Source of the DNA: an uncultured Hydromonas sp.
GTDB lineage: Bacteria; Pseudomonadota; Gammaproteobacteria; Burkholderiales; Burkholderiaceae
Length of the DNA stretch: 34,455 bases
NCBI GenBank assembly: GCA_964502825.1
Contig: CAZCYS010000002.1
Span: 2,968-37,422, forward strand
Direction of reading: 5' to 3'
Part shown: positions 8,900 through 17,984 of the stretch, in pieces
How the letters are laid out: each line of letters starts with the position of its first letter
Position numbering within the stretch: position 1 is the stretch's first letter
The notes under the pieces: generated by a model
Database searches by the model: none
What the model was told of the DNA's origin: nothing
Seen by the model: the letters and a program-made list of their open reading frames with translations, nothing else
Translations under genes and position numbers: made by a program

Positions 8900-9856
8900 T
8901 CATAGACCCAGGCGCGCACGCGCTGCGCGATACTCCGCTTCCAGTTGATCGACCAATTGCGCCGTCGGCAAAACTTCGTCAATCACCGCAACGCCTTGTC
9001 CCACGCCCCAGATGTCCTTCCATGCTTTGGCAGCGGTATTGCCGCCCGAGCCGAAGTTCATTTTCGATTTATCCGCCACGGGTAAGTTATCAGGATCCAA
9101 ACCTGCAGCGACGATGCTCTGACGCAGGTAATTGCCATGCACGCCGGTGAACAGATTGGTGTACACCACATCCGACGCGCTGGCCTCGGTGATGCCGTGT
9201 TTGTAGCCCTCGGACGCATTCGCCTCGGCGGTGGCAATAAATCGCGTGCCCATATAGGCCAAATCCGCACCCATCGCCTGTGCCGCCAGCACCGCCGAGC
9301 CATTGGCAATGCTACCGGACAACACGATCAGACCGTCGTAAAACTGGCGAATTTCACCGACCAAGGCAAACGGGCTGAGTGTACCGGCATGACCGCCCGC
9401 ACCCGCCGCCACCAAAATCAAGCCGTCCACGCCCGCTTCCAGCGCTTTTTTCGCATGGCGTGCATTGATCACGTCGTGTAGCACGATGCCGCCGTAGGCA
9501 TGTGCGCCGTCGATCAACTCTTTCGGCGGTGCTTGCAAGCTGGTGATGAACACGGGTACTTGGTGCTTCAAACACACCGCAATGTCCTCGGCCAAACGCC
9601 CGTTGGACGGATGTACGATTTGATTGACCGCAAACGGCGCAGGCTTTCCACCCGCAGCACGATCAACTTCCAAATCGGCTTTCAATTCCGTGAGCCAAGC
9701 ATCCAGCGCACCATCGCCACGCGCATTGAGCGCGGGAAACGAGCCGACGATACCGGCTTTGCACTGTGCTTTGACCAACTCAAGGTTGGACACGATGAAC
9801 ATGGGCGAGCCAATAATGGGCAAACGTAGCTGGGACAATGCGTGCGGCAAACTCAT
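8900..9856 (-). CDS. Nitronate monooxygenase / 2-nitropropane dioxygenase family FMN enzyme (NMO, FabK-like TIM barrel), 318 aa from the preferred start
   Basis: LPIIGSPMFIVSNLELVKAQCKAGIVGSFPALNAR and LVAAGAGGHAG are typical NMO-family segments. The ORF-track start 9883 is a TTG. ATG 9856 lies 5 nt after AGGAGA. Confidence 0.8.
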   Translation of the reverse strand: MSLPHALSQLRLPIIGSPMFIVSNLELVKAQCKAGIVGSFPALNARGDGALDAWLTELKADLEVDRAAGGKPAPFAVNQIVHPSNGRLAEDIAVCLKHQVPVFITSLQAPPKELIDGAHAYGGIVLHDVINARHAKKALEAGVDGLILVAAGAGGHAGTLSPFALVGEIRQFYDGLIVLSGSIANGSAVLAAQAMGADLAYMGTRFIATAEANASEGYKHGITEASASDVVYTNLFTGVHGNYLRQSIVAAGLDPDNLPVADKSKMNFGSGGNTAAKAWKDIWGVGQGVAVIDEVLPTAQLVDQLEAEYRAARARLGL

Positions 9857-10118
9857 AAGGTCTCCTGAAATGATAGTGTTCAATGGCTGGGCAAAATACC
9901 TGCCACCACGGCCAATTTTTGAACGACCGTTCGGCGATTATAAACACAGCGCGCACCCGCGACAACCATAAATCAACCATAAAGAATGGGTACAGTAGCC
10001 AAACGAGTATACAGAAATGCGAAAAAAGCCACCTTCGTTGTCTATTTCGCGCTCACCACCTCCTCCATCGGTTAAATTTTTATATTATGAAATTAAAAAT
10101 CGTAAAATGGAAAATAGC

Positions 10119-10147
10119 TTGCGCCATTAGTCACATTCACATACAAT
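10119..10147 (+). promoter_or_regulatory. Candidate sigma-70 promoter of the aceE operon (TTGCGC-17 nt-TACAAT) with an AT-rich upstream tract
   Basis: -35 TTGCGC at 10119-10124, a 17-nt spacer, and -10 TACAAT at 10142-10147. It is preceded by a very AT-rich block (10070-10115) containing ATTTTTA-N11-TAAAAAT. The implied leader to ATG 10233 is about 80 nt. Confidence 0.35.
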
Positions 10148-10232
10148 TATTTGAGTAGAATAGATATCTGCTGTGGCATCACACATCCAATCATAAATCG
10201 GAGCCAACGCCCATCTCTAAAGGAGCCATCAC

Positions 10233-12914
10233 ATGACCGCACTACAAGCCGAAGTCAATAAAAACTTTCTCGATACCGATCCGCAAGAAACGCAAGAGTG
10301 GATTGAAGCGCTGGACAATGTCATCGACAACCACGGCTCCGAACGCACCGCGTATCTGATTGACCAACAAATCGCGCATGCCCGTACCAACGGCGTTTTG
10401 CACGCATTCCATACCGAAACGCCGTACATCAATACCATCAGCGTGGAGCAGCAACCTCCACTGCCGGGCGATCAGGGCATTGAGCACAAAATCCGCTCGT
10501 ATGTACGCTGGAACGCCATGGCGATGGTTCTGCGCGCGAACAAAACCACCAACGTCGGCGGCCACATTGCCTCATACCAATCCGCCGCAACCCTGTACGA
10601 AGTTGGCTTTGGCCACTTCTGGCACGCACCGTCAGCCGAGCACGGCGGCGATCTGATTTTTATTCAAGGTCACTCTGCGCCGGGCGTATATTCCCGCGCC
10701 TTTTTGCTCGGTCGTCTGACCGAAGAGCAATTGGTCAATTTCCGCCAAGAGGTTGATGGCAAAGGCATTCCGTCCTACCCACACCCTTGGCTGATGCCTG
10801 ATTTTTGGCAATTCCCGACGGTATCGATGGGCTTGGGACCGATCATGGCGATTTACCAAGCGCGTTTCATGAAATACCTGCACAGCCGTGGCTTGATTGA
10901 TACCGAAAACCGCAAAGTTTGGGCGTTCTTGGGCGACGGCGAAACCGACGAACCCGAATCACTCGGCGCCATCGGCATGGCCGGTCGCGAAAAACTGAAT
11001 AACCTCGTGTTCGTCATCAACTGTAATTTACAACGTCTGGACGGACCGGTACGCGGCAATGGCAAAATCATTCAGGAGCTCGAATCCGAATTCCGTGGCT
11101 CCGGCTGGAATGTCATCAAAGTCGTCTGGGGTCGCAAATGGGATGCGCTGTTCGCCCGCGACAAAAAAGGCTTATTGGTCAAACGTTTGGGTGAAATGGT
11201 CGATGGCGAATTCCAAACCATGCGCGCGAAAAACGCACAGTACATCCGCGACACCTTATTCAATACGCCTGAGCTGAAAGAATTGGTCGCCGACTGGGAC
11301 GATGACGACATCTGGGCGCTCAATCGCGGCGGCCACGATCCGTTCAAAATCTACGCGGCGTTCAAAGCAGCCACCGAATCGGTTGATCGTCCGACCGTCA
11401 TTCTCGCGCATACCATCAAAGGCTACGGCATGGGCGGCTCGGGCGAGGCGCAAAACTCGACCCACCAACAGAAAAAAATGCACATCGACGACGTGCGCAA
11501 TTTCCGCGACCGCTTCTCGATTCCAGTGTCCGACGAAGATTTGGAGAAACTGCCATTCGTCACCTTCCCTGAAGGCTCGCCTGAATTGGAATACATGCGC
11601 AATGCGCGCCAGAAACTTGGCGGCTATTTGCCACAGCGTCGCAGCACCTCCGACGAATCGCTGGTGATTCCTGAATTGGGCGCGTTTGACTCCTTCCTCA
11701 AAGCCACCGAAGAAGGCCGCGAAATCTCCACCACCATGGCGTTTGTGCGCATCCTCGGCCATTTGCTCAAAGACAAAAACCTCAAGGATCGCATCGTCCC
11801 GATCGTACCGGACGAATCGCGCACCTTTGGTATGGAAGGCTTGTTCCGCCAACTGGGCATTTGGAACCAAGAAGGTCAAAAATACCTGCCGCAAGACCAC
11901 GAACAATTGATGTTCTACAAAGAATCCAAAACCGGTCAAGTATTGCAAGAAGGCATCAACGAAGCGGGCGCCATGTGTGACTGGATTGCTGCGGCGACCT
12001 CGTACTCAACGCACAACCTGCCGATGATTCCGTTCTACATTCTGTACTCCATGTTCGGCTTCCAACGCATTGGCGACTTGTGCTGGGCGGCGGGCGATAT
12101 GCGCGCGCGCGGCTTCATCCTCGGCGGCACAGCCGGTCGCACCACGCTCAACGGCGAAGGTTTGCAACACGAAGACGGCCACAGCCTGCTGCTCTCATCC
12201 ACCGTACCAAACTGCGTATCCTATGACCCAACATTCTCCTACGAGTTGGCCGTGATTATGCAAGACGGCTTGCGCCGTATGTACCGCGAGCAAGAAGACG
12301 TGTACTACTACATCACCGTGATGAACGAAAACTACGCCCATCCGGCCATGCCAGCAGGCGCGGAAGCGGACATCCTCAAAGGCATGTATTTGTTCCAAGC
12401 GGGTGCGAAAAACGCTGCGAAGAAAGTTCGTTTGATCGGCGCCGGCACGATTTTCAACGAAGTCATCGCCGCTGCACAATTACTCAAAGACGACTGGGGC
12501 GTGGACGCCGATTTGTATTCCGCACCAAGCTTCACCGAATTGGCACGCGAAGGCCAAGCGGTTGAGCGCGAAAATATGCTCCACCCGACCTCGCCGCGCA
12601 AACTCTCGCACGTCGAAACCCTGTTGCAAGACTCCGACGCACCGGTGATCGCCGCGACCGACTACATGCGCGCCGTGGCCGAGCAAATCCGCGCCTACGT
12701 GCCATCACGCTACACCGTGCTCGGTACCGACGGTTATGGCCGCTCCGACACCCGCGAAAAACTGCGTTACTTCTTTGAAGTGAACCGTCAGTGGATCACG
12801 GTTGCCGCACTCAAAGCACTGGCCGATGACGGTGTTATTGCCTACGAAGAAGTAGCCAAAGCCATCGCCAAGTACAATTTGGACGTCAACAAACCGGCGC
12901 CGTGGACTGTGTAA
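10233..12914 (+). CDS. aceE: Pyruvate dehydrogenase E1 component (homodimeric type), 893 aa
   Basis: Length and sequence are typical of AceE (DTDPQETQEWIEALDNVI..., GDGETDEPESLGAI, GHDPFKIYAAFKAA). SD AAAGGAG lies upstream. The gene is followed by E2 and E3. Confidence 0.97.
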   Translation: MTALQAEVNKNFLDTDPQETQEWIEALDNVIDNHGSERTAYLIDQQIAHARTNGVLHAFHTETPYINTISVEQQPPLPGDQGIEHKIRSYVRWNAMAMVLRANKTTNVGGHIASYQSAATLYEVGFGHFWHAPSAEHGGDLIFIQGHSAPGVYSRAFLLGRLTEEQLVNFRQEVDGKGIPSYPHPWLMPDFWQFPTVSMGLGPIMAIYQARFMKYLHSRGLIDTENRKVWAFLGDGETDEPESLGAIGMAGREKLNNLVFVINCNLQRLDGPVRGNGKIIQELESEFRGSGWNVIKVVWGRKWDALFARDKKGLLVKRLGEMVDGEFQTMRAKNAQYIRDTLFNTPELKELVADWDDDDIWALNRGGHDPFKIYAAFKAATESVDRPTVILAHTIKGYGMGGSGEAQNSTHQQKKMHIDDVRNFRDRFSIPVSDEDLEKLPFVTFPEGSPELEYMRNARQKLGGYLPQRRSTSDESLVIPELGAFDSFLKATEEGREISTTMAFVRILGHLLKDKNLKDRIVPIVPDESRTFGMEGLFRQLGIWNQEGQKYLPQDHEQLMFYKESKTGQVLQEGINEAGAMCDWIAAATSYSTHNLPMIPFYILYSMFGFQRIGDLCWAAGDMRARGFILGGTAGRTTLNGEGLQHEDGHSLLLSSTVPNCVSYDPTFSYELAVIMQDGLRRMYREQEDVYYYITVMNENYAHPAMPAGAEADILKGMYLFQAGAKNAAKKVRLIGAGTIFNEVIAAAQLLKDDWGVDADLYSAPSFTELAREGQAVERENMLHPTSPRKLSHVETLLQDSDAPVIAATDYMRAVAEQIRAYVPSRYTVLGTDGYGRSDTREKLRYFFEVNRQWITVAALKALADDGVIAYEEVAKAIAKYNLDVNKPAPWTV

Positions 12915-12938
12915 TTATCGTCATAGAGAGGAAAAATC

Positions 12939-13175
12939 ATGAGCAATCTCATCGAAGTCAAAGTCCCCGATATTGGCGACTATAAAAACATCCCTGTGAT
13001 CGAGGTATACGTCAAAGCCGGCGACAGCGTCGCCGTCGAAGACACGCTGGTCACACTCGAGTCCGACAAAGCGACACTGGACGTGCCGTCATCGCACGCA
13101 GGCGTGGTCAAGGAAGTCAAAGTCGCTGTGGGCGATAAAATTTCCGAAGGCTCCGTAGTCGTGATGCTTGAATCC
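12939..13175 (+). repeat. Lipoyl-domain coding module, copy 1 (in aceF)
   Basis: The 79 codons give 69/79 identical residues to copy 2 by hand alignment, and about 82% nucleotide identity over the first 60 nt by hand count. Confidence 0.9.
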
Positions 13176-14294
13176 ACAGCCGCCGCAGCCGCAACAACCG
13201 ATGCCGCCCCTGCGCCAGCACCTACGCCGACTGCCGAAGCCGCTGCGCCAGCGCCTGCCGCACCGGTGGTTCAAGAACAATCGGCTGAAGCAAAACCAGC
13301 CGTGGCAACACCCGCAGTGACCAACGCCGACAGCGCGCCTGCCTATCCTGCACAACCGCTATCGAAAAACACCTACGCTTCACCATCCGTGCGTCATTTT
13401 GCACGCGAGTTGGATGTGAATTTGGACAACGTCGCAGGCACAGGGCCGAAAAACCGCATCACGCACGAGGATGTGCGCGCCTACATCAAAGCGGTCATGA
13501 ACGGCGCAGCCGCTTGCCCAACGACGAATGTGGCTCAATCGTCCGCTTCGCTTGGCGGCGGTTTGGATTTACTGCCGTGGCCACAAATCGACTTCACCAA
13601 ATTCGGCGAAATCGACGTACAGCCATTGTCACGCATCAAGAAAATTTCAGGTCAAAATCTATCGCGCAACTGGGTCATGATTCCGCATGTGACCAATAAC
13701 GAAGTCGCCGACGTGACCGAGCTGGAAGCCTTCCGCGTACAGCTGAACAAAGAGCACGAAAAAGCGGGGATCAAATTCACCATGCTCGCATTTATCATCA
13801 AAGCCTGCGTGCAAGCCTTGAAAAAATTCCCTGAGTTCAACGCCTCTCTGGACGGCGATAACCTCGTCTACAAAAAATACTACAACATCGGTTTTGCCGC
13901 CGACACACCGAACGGCCTCGTCGTTCCGGTCATCAAAGCAGCCGATACCAAATCCATTTCTGAAATCGCGGTGGAAATGTCCGAGCTGGCGAAAAACGCG
14001 CGCGAAGGCAAACTCAAACCGACCGATATGCAAGGCGGCTGTTTCTCCATTTCGTCACTCGGCGGCATTGGCGGCACCTCATTCACCCCGATCATCAATG
14101 CACCTGAAGTCGCCATCCTCGGCGTTTCGCGCTCAAGCATGCAACCCGTTTGGAACGGCTCTGAATTCGTACCGCGCCTGATGTGTCCGTTGTCACTGTC
14201 CTACGATCACCGCGTGATTGATGGTGCAGCAGCGGCGCGATTCAATGCCTATCTCGCCAGCGTCTTGGCCGATTTTCGCCGTGTGCTGATTTAA
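12939..14294 (+). CDS. aceF: Dihydrolipoamide acetyltransferase E2 of pyruvate dehydrogenase, with a single lipoyl domain, 451 aa
   Basis: One lipoyl domain (LESDKATLDVP), an Ala/Pro linker, a peripheral subunit-binding domain (ASPSVRHFARELDVNLDNVAGTGPKNRITHEDV) and a catalytic domain with SLSYDHRVIDGA. Confidence 0.95.
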   Translation: MSNLIEVKVPDIGDYKNIPVIEVYVKAGDSVAVEDTLVTLESDKATLDVPSSHAGVVKEVKVAVGDKISEGSVVVMLESTAAAAATTDAAPAPAPTPTAEAAAPAPAAPVVQEQSAEAKPAVATPAVTNADSAPAYPAQPLSKNTYASPSVRHFARELDVNLDNVAGTGPKNRITHEDVRAYIKAVMNGAAACPTTNVAQSSASLGGGLDLLPWPQIDFTKFGEIDVQPLSRIKKISGQNLSRNWVMIPHVTNNEVADVTELEAFRVQLNKEHEKAGIKFTMLAFIIKACVQALKKFPEFNASLDGDNLVYKKYYNIGFAADTPNGLVVPVIKAADTKSISEIAVEMSELAKNAREGKLKPTDMQGGCFSISSLGGIGGTSFTPIINAPEVAILGVSRSSMQPVWNGSEFVPRLMCPLSLSYDHRVIDGAAAARFNAYLASVLADFRRVLI

Positions 14295-14306
14295 AGGGAG
14301 CACCTT

Positions 14307-14543
14307 ATGAGTCAAATCATTGAAATCAAAGTCCCCGACATCGGCGACTATAAAAACATCCCCGTCATCGAGATTTACGTCAAGGTCGGCGACACCATCG
14401 CGGTTGAAGACACATTGGTCACGCTCGAATCCGACAAAGCCACTTTGGACGTACCGTCCTCGCACGCAGGTGTGGTGAAGGAAATCAAGGTTGCTGTGGG
14501 CGATAAAATTTCCGAAGGCAGTGTGGTTGTACTGTTGGAAGCT
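14307..14543 (+). repeat. Lipoyl-domain coding module, copy 2 (N-terminus of lpdA)
   Basis: MSQIIEIKVPDIGDYKNIPVIEIYVKVGDTIAVEDTLVTLESDKATLDVPSSHAGVVKEIKVAVGDKISEGSVVVLLEA versus the AceF N-terminus. It includes an identical 27-nt run gctgtgggcgataaaatttccgaaggc. Confidence 0.9.
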
Positions 14544-16148
14544 GCTGAAACAGCCGAAGCGACCTCAACACCCGCACAAACGCCCGAAAGCAAACCAGCC
14601 GAAACGCCAGCAGCATCTGCCGCAGCACCCGCAGCTTCTGCACCGGCCAGCGCGCCCGCACCTGCGGCCAGCACATACAATGGCAACGTGGACATCACCT
14701 GCGATATGCTGGTACTCGGCGCAGGCCCGGGCGGCTATTCCGCTGCATTCCGTGCCGCCGATTTGGGCATGGATACGGTTTTGGTGGAACGCTACGCCAC
14801 CTTGGGCGGCGCGTGTCTGAATGTCGGCTGTATTCCGTCCAAAGCCCTGTTGCACACCGTCACCATCATGGAAGAAGCGCTGTCCATGAGCAATCACGGC
14901 ATCAGTTTTGCCGCGCCACAAGTGGATATCGACAAACTGCGCGACTACAAAAATTCGGTGGTCGGCAAACTCACCACCGGCCTCGCGGGTATGGCAAAAA
15001 TGCGTAAAGTCAATGTCGTGCGCGGCATCGGCTCCTTCATCGATGCACACCATTTGGAAGTCACAGAAACCACCGGTACCGGCTCAGAAACCACCTCGGT
15101 GAAAAAAGTGATTCGCTTTGAAAAAGCCATCATCGCAGCAGGCTCGCGCGTGGTCAAATTACCGTTCATTTCCGAGCAAACATACGCCGACCCACGCATT
15201 GTGGACTCGACCGGTGCGCTCGCCTTACCATTCATCCCGAAAAAAATGTTGGTCATCGGCGGTGGGATTATCGGCCTCGAAATGGGCACGGTATACTCTG
15301 CACTCGGCGCCAAGATCGACGTGGTAGAGATGATGGACGGCCTGATGCAGGGCGCGGATCGTGACCTCGTCAAGGTCTGGCAAAAATACAATGCGCATCG
15401 CTTTGAAAACGTCTATATCAACACCAAAACCGTGGCGGTTGAGGCCAAAGACGATGGCATCTACGTCACATTCGCCAAGGCCAATGAGCAATCCACCGCA
15501 CCGGCTGAAGCCCAACGTTACGACTTGGTGTTGGTCGCCGTCGGTCGTGCGCCGAATGGGCTGCTGATCGGCGCGGACAAGGCTGGCGTGGCGGTGAGCG
15601 AACGCGGTTTCATTAACGTGGACGCACAAATGCGAACCAATGTACCGCACATTTTCGCCATCGGTGACATCGTTGGCCAACCCATGCTCGCGCACAAAGC
15701 GGTACACGAGGGCCACGTCGCCGCCGAAGCCGCACATGGCGAGAAGGCCTACTTTGACGCGCGTCAGATCCCATCGGTCGCCTACACCGATCCCGAAGTC
15801 GCATGGGCGGGCGTAACCGAAGACCAAGCCAAAGCGCAAGGCCTGAACTACGGCAAAGCGATGTTCCCGTGGCAAGCCTCGGGTCGCGCGATCGCAAACG
15901 GACGTGACGAAGGTTTCACCAAACTGATTTTCGACAACGACAGTGGTCGCATCATCGGCGGGACGATTGTCGGCACCGGCGCAGGCGATTTGATTTCCGA
16001 AGTCTGCTTGGCGATTGAAATGGGCGCGGACGCAGTGGACATTGGCAAAACCATTCACCCGCATCCGACACTGGGTGAGTCAATCGGCATGGCGGCGGAA
16101 ATATTCAAAGGTACTTGTACCGATGTGCCGCCACAACGTAAGAAATAG
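14307..16148 (+). CDS. lpdA: Dihydrolipoyl dehydrogenase E3 with an N-terminal lipoyl domain (P64k/PdhL type), 613 aa
   Basis: Lipoyl domain plus Ala/Pro linker, then an FAD-binding segment LVLGAGPGGYSAAFRAADLG, the redox-active CLNVGCIPSK, and a C-terminal HPHPTLGE interface motif. Confidence 0.95.
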   Translation: MSQIIEIKVPDIGDYKNIPVIEIYVKVGDTIAVEDTLVTLESDKATLDVPSSHAGVVKEIKVAVGDKISEGSVVVLLEAAETAEATSTPAQTPESKPAETPAASAAAPAASAPASAPAPAASTYNGNVDITCDMLVLGAGPGGYSAAFRAADLGMDTVLVERYATLGGACLNVGCIPSKALLHTVTIMEEALSMSNHGISFAAPQVDIDKLRDYKNSVVGKLTTGLAGMAKMRKVNVVRGIGSFIDAHHLEVTETTGTGSETTSVKKVIRFEKAIIAAGSRVVKLPFISEQTYADPRIVDSTGALALPFIPKKMLVIGGGIIGLEMGTVYSALGAKIDVVEMMDGLMQGADRDLVKVWQKYNAHRFENVYINTKTVAVEAKDDGIYVTFAKANEQSTAPAEAQRYDLVLVAVGRAPNGLLIGADKAGVAVSERGFINVDAQMRTNVPHIFAIGDIVGQPMLAHKAVHEGHVAAEAAHGEKAYFDARQIPSVAYTDPEVAWAGVTEDQAKAQGLNYGKAMFPWQASGRAIANGRDEGFTKLIFDNDSGRIIGGTIVGTGAGDLISEVCLAIEMGADAVDIGKTIHPHPTLGESIGMAAEIFKGTCTDVPPQRKK

Positions 16149-16161
16149 GATTGACCTCACA

Positions 16162-16193
16162 AAAAAACGCCACCGAATTCGGTGGCGTTTTTA
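16162..16193. terminator. Bidirectional rho-independent terminator between lpdA and the convergent lipoprotein gene
   Basis: aaaaaaa-cgccaccg-aatt-cggtggcg-ttttt: a GC-rich 8-bp stem flanked by an A-run and a T-run. Confidence 0.8.
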
Positions 16194-16211
16194 TTCAGTT
16201 TGATTACGCTT

Positions 16212-16787
16212 CTATTGTACACGTCGCAAATCTGAAACGATCTGTAACAAATGCTTTTCACTCACACGGCTCCAAACATTGTATAAGCAGCTTTGCCCTG
16301 CCACCCTCACATAGGCCAAATACGCGGGGCCAACCCCGCCTTCCAAACCATATCCCATGCGGCTGCCATCAGCCCATGCTTTTTGTTTTGGCCACGCATA
16401 TTCAGTAGTATTACCAACCGAGGTACCCGTTCCGGCCACACCATAGGCGCTTTTTAAGCTTGTTGTATCGTATGCCACTGCCCATCCACCCGAAAATTGT
16501 GCGCGACGCACTCCTGCACCGCTAACTTGCGCCGCACTGTCTTTGGGTAAAGCCAACAGTGCGCAACTGCGCCGATTTTCGGCCTTTTTCCATTCATTCA
16601 AATAAACCGGCGCAATCTGCTCTTTACTAACCGTTTGCCCCCAAGGAGGCGTCGTCAGATTGTGTGACGGACTACGATCAATCTCAGGTTGAGATTGGTT
16701 TTTAGGAGACTCCACCGAAGCGCACGCCGACAGTGCAAGCGCCACCGAAGCAACCAACATTTGGACCATAAAGATTTTTTGACGCAT
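16212..16787 (-). CDS. Predicted lipoprotein of unrecognised family, 191 aa
   Basis: Signal peptide with lipobox MLVASVALALSAC followed by ASVESPKNQ. The mature part is Gly/Ala/Trp-rich with two further Cys (RRSCALL and GQSCLYN). I recognise no family motif. Confidence 0.7.
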   Translation of the reverse strand: MRQKIFMVQMLVASVALALSACASVESPKNQSQPEIDRSPSHNLTTPPWGQTVSKEQIAPVYLNEWKKAENRRSCALLALPKDSAAQVSGAGVRRAQFSGGWAVAYDTTSLKSAYGVAGTGTSVGNTTEYAWPKQKAWADGSRMGYGLEGGVGPAYLAYVRVAGQSCLYNVWSRVSEKHLLQIVSDLRRVQ

Positions 16788-16889
16788 CGCTCACCCCCAT
16801 TTATTACTATCAATGATGTTTCAGTATAACAGAGTCGCGCCAACCATAGGTCTGTTGAGCCTACCGCCAGCGACATCCAGCCAATCAAA

Positions 16890-17984
16890 CTAAACCCAAT
16901 GTGCATACGCCCACTGATTATCACTGGCAAATGCAGACCAGCGTTTATTCACCACCGATTCAGCATCGAGCAGTCGCAGCACTTCATCGGCAATCGCATC
17001 ACTCAATTCAAGGTGTGTGGAAAAGCCCACACAAGACGCATTGATTTCGCCAAGTACATAGCGATCCGCACCGTTGTGATCAGTGTCGAGAATAAAATCC
17101 GCCGTCCAAATCAAAGGTAAATCATAGTCACCCAGTCGCTCGCGCAACTCGGGCAGCGAGCGACGAATCACCGCCACCAAATCCGGCCACTGCTCCGGCG
17201 TGTCGTAGCGATATTGCGCGCCGGAAAACAGCGTGGCGGAGAAAGCATCTGGCGTATCGGCCGGTTTTTTATGCACGATATTGACGACTTGGTCGCGCAG
17301 CATCAACACACGGATTTCACCTTCCTTAATGCGCGGTAAAAATGGCATATCGAGCAGCATGCCGTTCGCACCTTCGAGATAGCGAATGCAAAATTCCAAA
17401 AATTCTTGCAGGGATTTTTCTTCGGTATGGTTGTCTTTCGCTTCAGTGAGCTTGAGGCGCGCATCCCATGGAATATCGTCGTGGTATTGCTCTGGATGCA
17501 GCACCTCCACGCGCCAGATGCCTTCGCCGGTCGAACCGCGATTTTGTTTGATCACACGCACGCCGCGTTTAAGTGTTTTTGGCAAATTGTCTTTGAGCGC
17601 ATCGAAGTGGTAGTAGGTGTAGACGTCTTCCGGTACGAACGCCGTGCCTTTGAGTCGTTCAATCGCGCTTTTCGCACCGTAAGCGATCATCGCGTCGGGA
17701 TGTGGTAAGCCTTTGACACCCTGCATCACCAGCTCGCGTAGCATTTGAAAATATCCGACCTCGTTCCCCAAATTACCCGGATTGACACGACTGATGTAAG
17801 CATCGGCTTTGGTCAGGGTGTGCCGATAGATTTCACCTCGATTGACATCATCATAAAAAATAATTTCAGCCGTCCAGCCGCGCTGTTTGAGTGCATCAAT
17901 AATCGCTTTGGAGTCCTTGCGAAAGCCGAACTCGCCTTTGTCCGTGCCCCCGCGTGCTTCAAAAATAACCACATGATTTTTCAT
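16890..17984 (-). CDS. ATP-grasp-fold ligase-like protein, resembling the uncharacterised Cj0069-type family, 364 aa from the preferred start
   Basis: The motif order fits ATP-grasp enzymes: VRVIKQNRGSTGEGIW (Lys plus Gly-rich loop), EGEIRVLMLRDQVV, and DFILDTD...RYVLGEINAS (Mg-binding E-x-N). The ORF-track start 18086 is a TTG. ATG 17984 lies 5 nt after AAAGGAGG. Confidence 0.6.
   Translation of the reverse strand: MKNHVVIFEARGGTDKGEFGFRKDSKAIIDALKQRGWTAEIIFYDDVNRGEIYRHTLTKADAYISRVNPGNLGNEVGYFQMLRELVMQGVKGLPHPDAMIAYGAKSAIERLKGTAFVPEDVYTYYHFDALKDNLPKTLKRGVRVIKQNRGSTGEGIWRVEVLHPEQYHDDIPWDARLKLTEAKDNHTEEKSLQEFLEFCIRYLEGANGMLLDMPFLPRIKEGEIRVLMLRDQVVNIVHKKPADTPDAFSATLFSGAQYRYDTPEQWPDLVAVIRRSLPELRERLGDYDLPLIWTADFILDTDHNGADRYVLGEINASCVGFSTHLELSDAIADEVLRLLDAESVVNKRWSAFASDNQWAYAHWV

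Noticed and set aside
9883-10158. 91-aa plus-strand ORF, with a nested 23-codon ATG ORF at 10087, upstream of aceE
   Set aside because: It lies in the AT-rich promoter region and starts inside the NMO-gene 5' end. It has no SD and atypical codon usage, and it includes the predicted -35 and -10 of the aceE promoter.
13176-13360. Ala/Pro/Thr-rich repetitive DNA in aceF, with a similar tract at 14544-14690 in lpdA
   Set aside because: These are the flexible inter-domain linkers expected in E2 and lipoyl-E3 proteins. They are in frame and are not a noncoding repeat array.
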